NCBI GenBank assembly: GCA_029775995.1
Contig: JARVJX010000002.1
Span: 1 to 52,394, forward strand
Reading direction: 5' to 3'
Origin: Nitrososphaeria archaeon
GTDB lineage: Archaea; Thermoproteota; Nitrososphaeria; Nitrososphaerales; JARVJX01
DNA: 52,394 bases
Of the stretch, positions 19,212 through 28,620 are shown piece by piece (the stretch's first letter is position 1; every line of letters starts with the position of its first letter). A program made the position numbers and the translations under genes. Under the pieces are notes generated by a model. That model was not told where the DNA came from. It did no database searches and saw nothing but the letters and a program-made list of their open reading frames with translations.

Positions 19212-20442
19212 GATTCTCTATATTGACTGCAGTTTAGCTGGTATTTCAGGGGATGCTTTTTTATCTTCTCTTATAGATTTAGGAGTCGATGAAGAAAGGA
19301 TAAAGCAAGCTGTAGATGTGATTGCTCAAGAGCTTAAGGTAAAAAATTATAATTTTTCTTTGCAAGATGTCTTAAGGAAGGAATTTAGGGCAAAGTATCT
19401 AGAGCTTGAAGTTAAAGAAGATAAAGCCTATAGAGAGGGAAAAGAGCTTAAAAAAGGTTTAGAGAGTATATTAAATAATTTAAAGCTTAGTGATAGGGCC
19501 AAGGAATATTCAAGAAGAGCCTTAAATCAGTTAGTAGAGGTTGAAGCAAATTTACACAGAGAGAGCTTAGAGGAAGTTCATTTGCATGAAGCTGGCTCTA
19601 TGGATACTTTAGTGGATATAATCTGTAGTGCCTTAGCTTTAGATGCTCTGAATCTCTTTGAAGAGGCTCTCTTTGTATCTTCTCCGGTAGCTTTAGGTAG
19701 CGGATTTTTAGAATTTTCTCATGGTAAAGTATCTTTACCAGCTCCAGCTACCTTGGAATTGTTAAGGGGTAAAGGTTTTTTGGTTCATGGAGGTTTTGTT
19801 AAGGAAGAGCTTACAACACCAACAGGAGCTGCTATTTTGGGCTCCTTAGTTAATTATTGTACGGATACTTTCCCCAAGATGAAGATAGATAAGATAGGTT
19901 ATGGTGCTGGGAAGAGGGAATTTGAAAACATACCCAATATATTAAGAGTGGTTTTAGGAGGAAACTATAATTTATTTGAAGAACCTCTTTACATCTTAGA
20001 GACCAATTTGGATGATGTTACAGGGGAGCTCCTGGGCTATCTTATAGACAAGCTTATGAAGGAAGGAGCTAAAGATGTGAATGTTATTCCTATGGTGGGT
20101 AAAAAGAGCAGAACTGTAAATATGCTTAGAGCTTTATGTGATAGTAAAGATTTGGAAAGATTAACTGGCATCATCTTTAAGGAGAGTGGTACCTTAGGCG
20201 TTAGGGTAATACCTTGCTCTAGATACCTTTTAAGGAGAGAGATTCTGAAGTTTAGGGTTAAGGTAAAAGGAAAGGATTTTGAGGTTAATGCAAAGATAGC
20301 TAGAGATAAATTTGGAGATGTAACAGGTTTTAAGGCAGAATTTGATGATGTATCAAAAATAGCTGAAGCTACCGATTTACCTTTAAAGGATGTTTATAAT
20401 ATTGTAAATAGAGAAATTGAGAAGAACTTAAAAAGGTATTAG
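19201..20442 (+). CDS. larC: Nickel-pincer nucleotide nickel insertase LarC
   Basis: YIDC..AGISGD, VHLHEAG..D, PAPAT, ELTTPTGAA, ETNLDD, ESGTLGVR. Overlaps the mdh stop. Confidence 0.93.
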   Translation: MKNKILYIDCSLAGISGDAFLSSLIDLGVDEERIKQAVDVIAQELKVKNYNFSLQDVLRKEFRAKYLELEVKEDKAYREGKELKKGLESILNNLKLSDRAKEYSRRALNQLVEVEANLHRESLEEVHLHEAGSMDTLVDIICSALALDALNLFEEALFVSSPVALGSGFLEFSHGKVSLPAPATLELLRGKGFLVHGGFVKEELTTPTGAAILGSLVNYCTDTFPKMKIDKIGYGAGKREFENIPNILRVVLGGNYNLFEEPLYILETNLDDVTGELLGYLIDKLMKEGAKDVNVIPMVGKKSRTVNMLRALCDSKDLERLTGIIFKESGTLGVRVIPCSRYLLRREILKFRVKVKGKDFEVNAKIARDKFGDVTGFKAEFDDVSKIAEATDLPLKDVYNIVNREIEKNLKRY

Positions 20443-20559
20443 TAGAAAGAGGGCATATTTAGTTATCACAAAGTAAAGCCATTAATAACATAAACAACAT
20501 TTTTACTTCCTTAAGTAAAACAACTTTATTTAACTTTTTATAAAGGAGCTTTCATGCTC

Positions 20560-21113
20560 CACGGCATCTTGTAGTATAACGTTTTTCTTTAATGCAACTT
20601 CAAATTCTTTAGGAGTCTAGGCAAGGATCTCAAGAGATATTCTTTTTGTAGCTAAATTCCTGATTATAGATTAACGTTTAGCATAATTTAAACCATAAAG
20701 GCCTTAGATATCACTATAAGGTCTACATGCTATCCTCTATCCAGTCTACCTGAGCAAAACTTATAAAAAAGTAGATGGCATCCACATCTAATTTTCTAAC
20801 TATCTTCTTAACTAAGACAAGTACTCTTTTCTTCACCTTTAGAGGTATATTTTTAAGGCTTCTTCAAGGAATACTAGATCTCTCTCCAATAACTTTAAGA
20901 AGTTCTTTCGCAGATTTAACCATTCTTTTAGTGAACCTCTTATCTATTTCAGTCCAAGGCCTTCTTCCTAGAAACTATAATAGCAGCCTTCAAAGCCTCC
21001 TCGCACGCTTGTTGAGTGGCAAATAAGATCCTATTGTTTCTAGACCTTTCCAAAGCATCCTAAGCCTCTTTAACATCCTCTAAGGCCATAAGAAAAGAAT
21101 CCCTAGCACTTAC
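20560..21113 (-). pseudogene. Degenerate HEPN + minimal nucleotidyltransferase (MNT) toxin-antitoxin pair
   Basis: Minus strand reads MALEDVKEA*DALERSRNNRILFATQQACEEALKA (HEPN N-terminus), then KLDVDAIYFFISFAQVDWIEDS / (frameshift) VDLIVISKAF (MNT GS..R.D...SDxD-like). Stops and deletions throughout; boundaries approximate. Confidence 0.65.
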
Positions 21114-21369
21114 AGAAGTCGTCTAGCAAATGGGCTTACAGTAAGCATTCAAAAATTAAAAGTTAGGGCAAGTTAAATGAGATTAGTATTGCTAAAGAAT
21201 TAAAGAAATTGAGTATTAAGCATGAGATATTATTTAGTAGCTAAAGAGGCTAAACTTAATGAGCTTAAGCCACTTATATATTACCATCCTTACAATTCTT
21301 CTAAACTTAGTATGCAAGAAAGAGAAGAGGTAGATTAATCTTTAAATTATAGGGCTTTTAAGTTATAGC

Positions 21370-22551
21370 ATGGAAGATGAAATCCATAATTTAGTAGAAA
21401 AGTTAAAGAGTTTGATCAAAGACCATGAATTTTACAGAGAAAATTGCTTAAACCTTATAGCCTCTGAAAATATTATGAGCAAGGAAGCAAGGAAAATACT
21501 AAGTTCTGATCTGGTTCACAGATATACATCAAGGGATAAATTTTATAGGGGAACAAGATTTTTAGATGAAATAGAATCTTTTGCTGTTGAGCAAGCTAAA
21601 AGGCTCTTTAATTGTAAATATGCAGATGTTAGATTATTGTCAGGCCATTTATGCAATATGGCTATGATTTTACTTTTTTGTAAAGAGGGTAAAATTTTAT
21701 CGGTTTCTTGGAAAAATGGAGGCTATCCAGGGATCTCAGATACAGGATTATCTTCTTTACTTAAGTTAAGCAATATATACTTTCCCTATGATGAAGAAAG
21801 AATGAATATTAAGATTAAAGAGAGTTTAGAGCTTATAGAAAGAGAGAAACCAAATTTAATCTTCTTTGGTTCCAGCTTTATCTTATTTACACAACCAGTA
21901 AAAGAAATAGCTCCCTTCTTTAATGGGGTAAAGGTATATGATGCTTCTCACGTTTTAGGATTAATAGCTGGAAGAAGGTTTCAAAAGCCTTTAGAAGAAG
22001 GTTGTAATTTTATAATAGGTTCAACTCATAAAAGCTTCCCAGGCCCCCAGGGAGGTATACTATTATCCAACGATGATAGATTCTTAGAACTAGAAAAAAA
22101 TATTCAGCTAAAGATTGTGGATAATGCCCATTGGAATAGAATAGCCTCTTTAGCCTATTCGTTATTAGAGATGAGGTATTTTGGAGAAAAATATGCCGAA
22201 CAAATCATCAGAAATGCTAAAGCCCTAGCAAAGGGTTTAGATGAGTTAAAGGTGAGGGTTAAAGCAAAGGAATTAGGTTTTACCAATTCTCACCAAGTTA
22301 TATTAGATTACGATTCAAAGGAAAGTGTAATTATAGCTGATAAATTGGAAAGAGCAAATATAATAGTGGATTCAGGGGGAAGGATAGGGGTTAACGAGAT
22401 AACGAGAAAGGGCATGAAGGAAGAAGAGATGGATAAAATCTCTCAAGCCCTAGCTTCTGTAATTTTGAAGGATAATTATGAGGAAGCAAAGAGTATAGTT
22501 GAAAAATTAATTAAAGATTTTAATACCCTTCATTTTACCTTCTCGGCTTAG
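21370..22551 (+). CDS. glyA: Serine hydroxymethyltransferase, archaeal type
   Basis: LNLIASEN, YDASHVLGLIAG, STHKSFPGPQGG (PLP lysine), NSHQV. Confidence 0.95.
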   Translation: MEDEIHNLVEKLKSLIKDHEFYRENCLNLIASENIMSKEARKILSSDLVHRYTSRDKFYRGTRFLDEIESFAVEQAKRLFNCKYADVRLLSGHLCNMAMILLFCKEGKILSVSWKNGGYPGISDTGLSSLLKLSNIYFPYDEERMNIKIKESLELIEREKPNLIFFGSSFILFTQPVKEIAPFFNGVKVYDASHVLGLIAGRRFQKPLEEGCNFIIGSTHKSFPGPQGGILLSNDDRFLELEKNIQLKIVDNAHWNRIASLAYSLLEMRYFGEKYAEQIIRNAKALAKGLDELKVRVKAKELGFTNSHQVILDYDSKESVIIADKLERANIIVDSGGRIGVNEITRKGMKEEEMDKISQALASVILKDNYEEAKSIVEKLIKDFNTLHFTFSA

Positions 22552-23742
22552 TTGAAAGATACCTATAAAGCATAAAAGGGAAAATATGAGACCTAAAGAT
22601 CCTTTTACCCAAAACAAAAAGCTTTCATTAACTCTATAAATTTTATCAATTTCTCCATAGTTCCATAGGTTTAATCTTTCTAATAAGGGAGAAAAATTTA
22701 AGAGACCAAAGTTTGAAAGGGAGAAAATTATAGGTATTAATTGGAGAATTATAGCGTAAGTTAAGATTTTCTTATCCTCTTTTAAAGCATAAAGGGTTAA
22801 AGCCAAGATAAAGGGTTCGATGATCAACTGCTCTGAAACTCGAGAAAATAAAGATAAGAAGGAAAGATGAATTATTAGGCTATATTTTATCAAATTATCA
22901 TCCTTTAGATTTCTAAAGAAAAGAGTGGGAGGAATTATTATGGCTGGTATCCAGAGAATTTGAGCTAATTCCTTTAAATTTAAAAAGGGGTAAAGAAGAT
23001 ACCATAAATTCATAAGAGGATTTGGAGCAACACAACCATCACAATTTAAAGAAAAGACTTGATAGTATAGGGTTAAATAGAGAGGATAAGGATCCCAAAG
23101 GTAAGCCATTAATGTGCTAAAAGTAATTAAGAAAGGAGGTATTAACGCTATAAATAGATTCTTTAAAGAGCTTAAGAAGCCTTTATATTTAAGAGAATAA
23201 GTAAAAAGGAGAGGTAAGAGTATAGCTGGATAAAGCTTTAAAGCTATGCTGAAGCCTAAGGTTAAAAAGCCTAAATTAAATCTTTTGCTTATAAGAAGGA
23301 TTAAGCTCAGTAGAGTAAGCAAAGAGGATAGGGAATTGAGCTGCCCCCAAATGGCAGAAATATAGATTATAATTGGGGAAGTAACTATCAAGATGAATAC
23401 TTTTTTACTTAATACACCATGGTGTTTTTTATCTAAAAATACCTTAACTAAAATAGCTAGTGTCAGATGGGCTAAAATTAAGGGCATTTTGATAAAGATT
23501 AGCCATAGCTCATAGTTATAGCTAAAGAATTTATAAAGAGAGTAGCTTAGTAAAGCCCAGTAAGACCATAAAGGCAAATAACCTAAGTGATGGTTAGGAT
23601 AGTATATATTCTCCCCATTACTCATCAATGCTCCAGTCTTAAACCATATACTAAGATCAAAACCATGTCTAGTAAAGGGAGATAAAGTTAATTCAAAAAG
23701 TAGAATTATAATAGCCAATAAAAGAAGCTTTTTATCTAGCAT
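22507..23742 (-). CDS. Integral-membrane GT-C fold glycosyltransferase (GT87-like)
   Basis: Many TM helices; H.FD..IW, Y.....GYLPLW, IK.P, SAIWGQ.NS, ALKLYP motifs. Confidence 0.75.
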   Translation of the reverse strand: MLDKKLLLLAIIILLFELTLSPFTRHGFDLSIWFKTGALMSNGENIYYPNHHLGYLPLWSYWALLSYSLYKFFSYNYELWLIFIKMPLILAHLTLAILVKVFLDKKHHGVLSKKVFILIVTSPIIIYISAIWGQLNSLSSLLTLLSLILLISKRFNLGFLTLGFSIALKLYPAILLPLLFTYSLKYKGFLSSLKNLFIALIPPFLITFSTLMAYLWDPYPLYLTLYYQVFSLNCDGCVAPNPLMNLWYLLYPFLNLKELAQILWIPAIIIPPTLFFRNLKDDNLIKYSLIIHLSFLSLFSRVSEQLIIEPFILALTLYALKEDKKILTYAIILQLIPIIFSLSNFGLLNFSPLLERLNLWNYGEIDKIYRVNESFLFWVKGSLGLIFSLLCFIGIFQLSREGKMKGIKIFN

Positions 23743-23762
23743 CGGCTAATATTCTTTAAATA

Positions 23763-24701
23763 TTGTCCTTTAAAAGATTATATGTGGAAGAACTTGAGGT
23801 ATCTATTGGAATCTGTGCTTTTAATGAAGCTCAAAATATGGAGAATCTTTTGAATTTTTTAAGAAAGGAAATTGGCTCTAAGGATGAAATCCTTATAGTG
23901 GTATCAGGTTCTACCGATGGAACTGATGATATTGTTAGAAAGATGAGCGTTAGAGATGATAGAATAAGGCTCATCATTGAAGAGGAAAGGTTTGGGAAAA
24001 GTCAAGCCCTTTCAAAAATTTTAAAGGAGGCTAAGAAAGATTTAATTCTTTATTTGTCTGCTGATGCTTATCCAGTAAAAGGCTCCATTAGAAAATTAGT
24101 TCATGCTATGAAAAGGGATAATTTGGGTTTAGCCTGTGCTTACCCTTTCCCTTTAAATGAGGATAAAGGCTTAGTAAATAAGATGGGAATTTTGCTTTGG
24201 AGTCTACATGGAGAAATTATGAAAGAATTATCTTTTAGAGATGAATTAAAGCATGCAAGTGATATGTTCTGTGTAAGAAAGGGTATAGTTAATAACATAC
24301 CTCTTAACGTTATAAATGATGATGGATACTTAGCCATGATGTTTAAAAGAAAGGGTTTAAAGGTTAAGCTTATAGAGGATGCGAAGGTTAAAATTTGGAG
24401 TCCTGATAGAATATGTGAGTTCTTATCACAGAGAAGAAGAATCCTTTATGGTCATATGATTAACAAAAGAATTTTGAAGGAATCTCCAAATTATATGGGC
24501 TACTTGCTTCTATCAAAGAGTAAATTAGCTCTAAAGGTATTGATTAAGACTTTAACCAAGAAGCCCTATCTTCTCTCTGCTTTAATTTTGTTTTTAGTTG
24601 AAATAATTTCTTACTTAATGGGAATTTTGGATCTAATGACCGAAAAGGATCATAAAAAATGGTCTATAGCTTATAGCACTAAAAGAGCCTATAGAAGCTA
24701 A
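23763..24701 (+). CDS. GT2 family glycosyltransferase
   Basis: GICAFNE, GSTDGT, GKSQAL, SADA, NDD, QRRRI motifs. The true start may be GTG 23784. Confidence 0.9.
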   Translation: MSFKRLYVEELEVSIGICAFNEAQNMENLLNFLRKEIGSKDEILIVVSGSTDGTDDIVRKMSVRDDRIRLIIEEERFGKSQALSKILKEAKKDLILYLSADAYPVKGSIRKLVHAMKRDNLGLACAYPFPLNEDKGLVNKMGILLWSLHGEIMKELSFRDELKHASDMFCVRKGIVNNIPLNVINDDGYLAMMFKRKGLKVKLIEDAKVKIWSPDRICEFLSQRRRILYGHMINKRILKESPNYMGYLLLSKSKLALKVLIKTLTKKPYLLSALILFLVEIISYLMGILDLMTEKDHKKWSIAYSTKRAYRS

Positions 24702-26366
24702 TTTCTCTTACTATACTCAAAGAGGTTTATACCCCAAACTAAAGCAACCGAAATCAAGATTGAGAAAGCTATAGGTGAATTATAATTTATTTCTAAGGAT
24801 TGATTCATATTAGCCTCATCTTGAGGAGAGTAGGGTTTACCAGTAATTGGATTTATAAGGTTCTCAACAGGTGCATAGTCATCTGTAAGGATCGGTATAT
24901 CTTCAAGGTTAGCGGCTGTATGTTGGAATTGGTATACATTGTTAAGGTATTTCTTTAGTTCATTCCTATAAGGTATGTTGGAATTAGATAGCAAGCTATT
25001 GAGCTCCTCTTCCCTAATGAGAATTTCCTTTAGAGCAACGACCATTACATTTTGAACTCTGCTAATCTCAGAAGATACAGGAAAAAGGTATACCTTTGGA
25101 AATAAGCTTTGAAGGGTTTTGTATTGAGCCCTTAATATGTTAGATGTATCTCCTACAAGGGAGGCTATTATATTACTAACTATAACACCATTAGGTGCTA
25201 ATCTATCGTAGAGAAGAAAAAAGAATTCTTTTGTCATAAGATGAAAAGGAATGTAGGTTTTTGAATAAGCATCAAGCACTATAACATCGTACTTTTTTTC
25301 TGAATTTCTGAGAAAGTTTCTAGCATCATCGTTGAATATTTGAAGCCTTGAATTAGGTTTTATATTAAAATATTCTTGAGCTACCCTTATAACATCTGAA
25401 TCAATTTCTACCACATCGATTCTTACATGGGGATAGGATTCAAGAAAGCTTTTAGGTCCGGAGAAGCTACCACCCCCTACAAACAAAACTTCCTTAAAGT
25501 TAGGGTTAAAGGCATAAGCAAGATGGAAAAGCCTGGTATAAGGGAAGACTAAATTGTTTGACCCATTTAGATACATGGCACCATGAGGTAAACCATTAAG
25601 ATATAGAGTCCTTAAAGAATCTCTATCTACAACATCAAGATGGTTATAAAAAGTTTCCTTCTCATATATAACATTCCCTGCATGAACATACAGATTCTGC
25701 AAAACTCCACTCAAAGGAAAGGTTATAGTTATTAAAGTTATGATAAAGAGTGCTTTTCCAATTCTTCTAACTCCCATTATAGAGGAGACCATTAAAGAGA
25801 GCCCTAGGGCAAAGATGATGCTTCTCAAATCTAGGGTAGGTATGAGAACGAAAACCGTTAGAAAGGTCCCTATTATGCTTCCAAGGGTGGATAGAGCATA
25901 AAGGTTTCCAGCTATCTTCCCAAGCCTCTCTGTACTTTTTGTAGCCAGCTTAACAGCATAGGGGGGAAACCATCCCTAGAATTATGGAAGGAGGGGCTAA
26001 GAGAATCGTAGTAGTGAAAAGGGGACCATACCTATCATCAAAGTCTAAGGCTAAAGAAGTCTCAAGGGTATAGGGAGAGAGGAAGGGTATGAGAATCACA
26101 TATATGCCTGCAGAGAAGATTATAGATGAAAAGATTTTAAAACTGGGATTTTTATCAGCCAATCTACCACCTAAATAGTATCCTGAGCTAAGCCCTGTTA
26201 AAACTACACCTATCAAACTTCCCCAAACGAATATAGAGTTTCCATAACTTGGGGCTAGGATTCTACTTCCCAGTATCTCTAAGGCCATAACTACAGTCCC
26301 TGAAACAAAGACCCCTATTCTTAGCCAAATTAACTGTTCCTTTAATTTCCATTCCAATCCTGACAT
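24698..26366 (-). pseudogene. Fused membrane (MFS-like)/spermidine synthase-like protein split by a +1 frameshift
   Basis: ORF 25950-26366 (MALEILGSRILAP.YG.SIFVW) and ORF 24698-25828 (VGGGSFSGP, VVEIDSDV, DAR, LDAY, LTDDYAP) join as GMVSPYAVKLA...GNLYALSTLGSI if one base of the G6 tract at 25961-25966 is removed. Confidence 0.85.
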
Positions 26367-26456
26367 CTCACTTTATACCCTTCTTTCTTAGCCTAAAAAT
26401 ATTATACGTATCTTACCATTAAAATTTAAATCTTAAAGGTTAATAATCTTTAAAGT

Positions 26457-27056
26457 TTGGTAGAATTTGCTTACTTTCTCTCAATTTTAGGATTAGGTTT
26501 TCTTCATGGGTTAGAGCCTGGTCACGGATGGCCTATAGCGGCTCTCTTGGCTATGAATAAGAAAAGGCCTCTACTTTACGGGTTCTTCGCCTCAAACATT
26601 CTTTCCTTTGCCCATATGTTTAGCTCTTTATTTTTGGTAATGGTTTATTTTTTAGTTAGGTTTTTCTTTGAAATCTCCCTTCCTTATATAAAATACATAG
26701 CTTCCTTCCTACTATTTTTGCTAGGTTTAAAAATTCTTTTAGGGAAAAGGAAAGGAGAAACAAAGAGAGAATTTATAACCCTTAAAAGATTTATACTATT
26801 TTCTTTAACCCTAGGCTTTGCTCATGAGGAGGAGATAGTTTTGTTAGGTTTTACTTTACAAGGATTAGACCCTTTATTACTTATGCTTCTTTATAGTATA
26901 GCTCTTCTACTGACCATAGTAGGAATGACTCTCATATCCTTACAGGCTTATAATAAGGTAAGGAGTAGAATAACTATATTTGAATTTTATATAAATAAGC
27001 TTTCAGGTTTAGTTATTATAGTTTCAGCTGTATTCTTCTTACTAAATATACGTTAA
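26457..27056 (+). CDS. Putative nickel/cobalt transporter (NiCoT/RcnA/UreH-like)
   Basis: LGFLHGLEPGHGWP motif in TM1, a second His (FAH), GFAHEEE; about 6 TM. Confidence 0.7.
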   Translation: MVEFAYFLSILGLGFLHGLEPGHGWPIAALLAMNKKRPLLYGFFASNILSFAHMFSSLFLVMVYFLVRFFFEISLPYIKYIASFLLFLLGLKILLGKRKGETKREFITLKRFILFSLTLGFAHEEEIVLLGFTLQGLDPLLLMLLYSIALLLTIVGMTLISLQAYNKVRSRITIFEFYINKLSGLVIIVSAVFFLLNIR

Positions 27057-27099
27057 ACTTTTTAAGGCTTAAAAGTATTGATAATCTTTTAATAGATGT

Positions 27100-27702
27100 G
27101 TGAGATTCCTTCTAAAGTTAGCTTCAATACCTATAATTATGAGCTTAGAGAAGTTAATCTGGCTAGTAGGAAGGTTCTACAAGGGAAAAACTAAAGCTTT
27201 ACCCTTTAAAGGAATGGTTCTTATATTCTTTCACAGATTCTTCACGAGAAATAAAAGATACTACGCCATAGAAATAGATTATGTAAAAAGTATAGAGAAG
27301 GGTAAAATTGAATTGTATTGGTTAGTAATTTCCAACGCTGGAATAAAATTATATCGTTCTTTAATAGATAAATTTACTTTAAGAATTTTATATTTTCAAG
27401 GAAAGGAATTAAAGGGTCATGGTAACGTTCTCTGGTTAAATGAAGAGGCTTTGAAGGAGGGAAAAGCAAAGATATACGATAAGGATATGCGCCTTATAAA
27501 AAAAGGAAAAATTATTATTGCGAAAGCCTTAATTAAAGAAAATAGAAAAGTTGAGCGCTTTAAGGTAATTTATGATTCGGATAGATTACTTGAAATAAAG
27601 ACAGAAAACTTTGGTCTATTTAATAAAGAGTTTTACTTAGAAAGTTATGAGCTCATCTTTAATAATTGTGGGTTAAATTTGAGTAAAGTTTTTATGTATT
27701 GA
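27100..27702 (+). CDS. Hypothetical protein, basic and beta-rich
   Basis: 200-aa ORF with host-like composition, 15 bp upstream of the next gene. No recognised motif. Confidence 0.5.
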   Translation: MRFLLKLASIPIIMSLEKLIWLVGRFYKGKTKALPFKGMVLIFFHRFFTRNKRYYAIEIDYVKSIEKGKIELYWLVISNAGIKLYRSLIDKFTLRILYFQGKELKGHGNVLWLNEEALKEGKAKIYDKDMRLIKKGKIIIAKALIKENRKVERFKVIYDSDRLLEIKTENFGLFNKEFYLESYELIFNNCGLNLSKVFMY

Positions 27703-27717
27703 ACTCTCTTACTATGC

Positions 27718-28620
27718 GTGCTTAATACCCTTCATAAAGACCTTTTAACACTTGTTTACATATCTTCCTTAAATGGATACGCTTTAAGCTTAACTGAGCT
27801 CTCAAAACTTTTAGGAATCAATCCATTTACTTTGGAGAATGAAATTAAGATTTTAAGGAAGGATTTTAGCTTAAGAGATGGTTTAATAGTAGCAAAGGGT
27901 TACGAACATTTATTTGATGAAAAAGTATTAAGGTGGAAAAACTCCGAATTTTTCTTAAAGAATGCAAAAATCTTCGCCAAAGAACTTATAAAGAGAGATT
28001 CAAATCTTAAATTCTTGGCTTTATGTGGTTCCACAGCCTATAGAAGTGCCAGTAAAGATGATGACATAGATATATTTCTTATAACGGATAAGGGAAGGCT
28101 ATGGTTAAGTTTATTCAAAGCTTTTTTATTGGCAAGAGTTTTTGAATTAAAGGCAAAAGTAAGAGGTTTCAAGTTATCCTTCTGCTTTAGCTATGTAATG
28201 GATGAAAGGGAAATAAAAAGAGAATTTGCTAGCAGAAACTCCTTTTTCTTTGCCAGAGATGCTTTAACCCTAGATATCCTTTATGGTTATGATTATTATG
28301 AAAAACTTATCTTAAAAAATAGGGCCACCCTTACCTTACTCAAGAGAATAAAACCAAAAGTTCATGAAATTAATCTAAAAGTTAAGCGAAAGTTAAAGGT
28401 AAATATATTTTGGGATTTTTTTGATTTGATAATTTTTGCTTACCTTGGCTCTTATGTTAGGTTTAAAGCCTATCTCAAGAATCTAAGGATCAAGAAGAAA
28501 AACTATACTTTAAAATCTTTTCAAATCTCAACTAAAGAGCATAAGCTTTTATTAGAATCTGAGAAATACAATTTATTGACTAAGTATTATTTAAAGATGG
28601 GGGTTCTCAAAGATGGTTGA
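27718..28620 (+). CDS. Pol-beta-superfamily nucleotidyltransferase with an N-terminal HTH-like segment
   Basis: LCGSTAY....KDDDIDIFLI...RLW matches the GS...DxD signature. Overlaps the radical SAM start. Confidence 0.7.
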   Translation: MLNTLHKDLLTLVYISSLNGYALSLTELSKLLGINPFTLENEIKILRKDFSLRDGLIVAKGYEHLFDEKVLRWKNSEFFLKNAKIFAKELIKRDSNLKFLALCGSTAYRSASKDDDIDIFLITDKGRLWLSLFKAFLLARVFELKAKVRGFKLSFCFSYVMDEREIKREFASRNSFFFARDALTLDILYGYDYYEKLILKNRATLTLLKRIKPKVHEINLKVKRKLKVNIFWDFFDLIIFAYLGSYVRFKAYLKNLRIKKKNYTLKSFQISTKEHKLLLESEKYNLLTKYYLKMGVLKDG

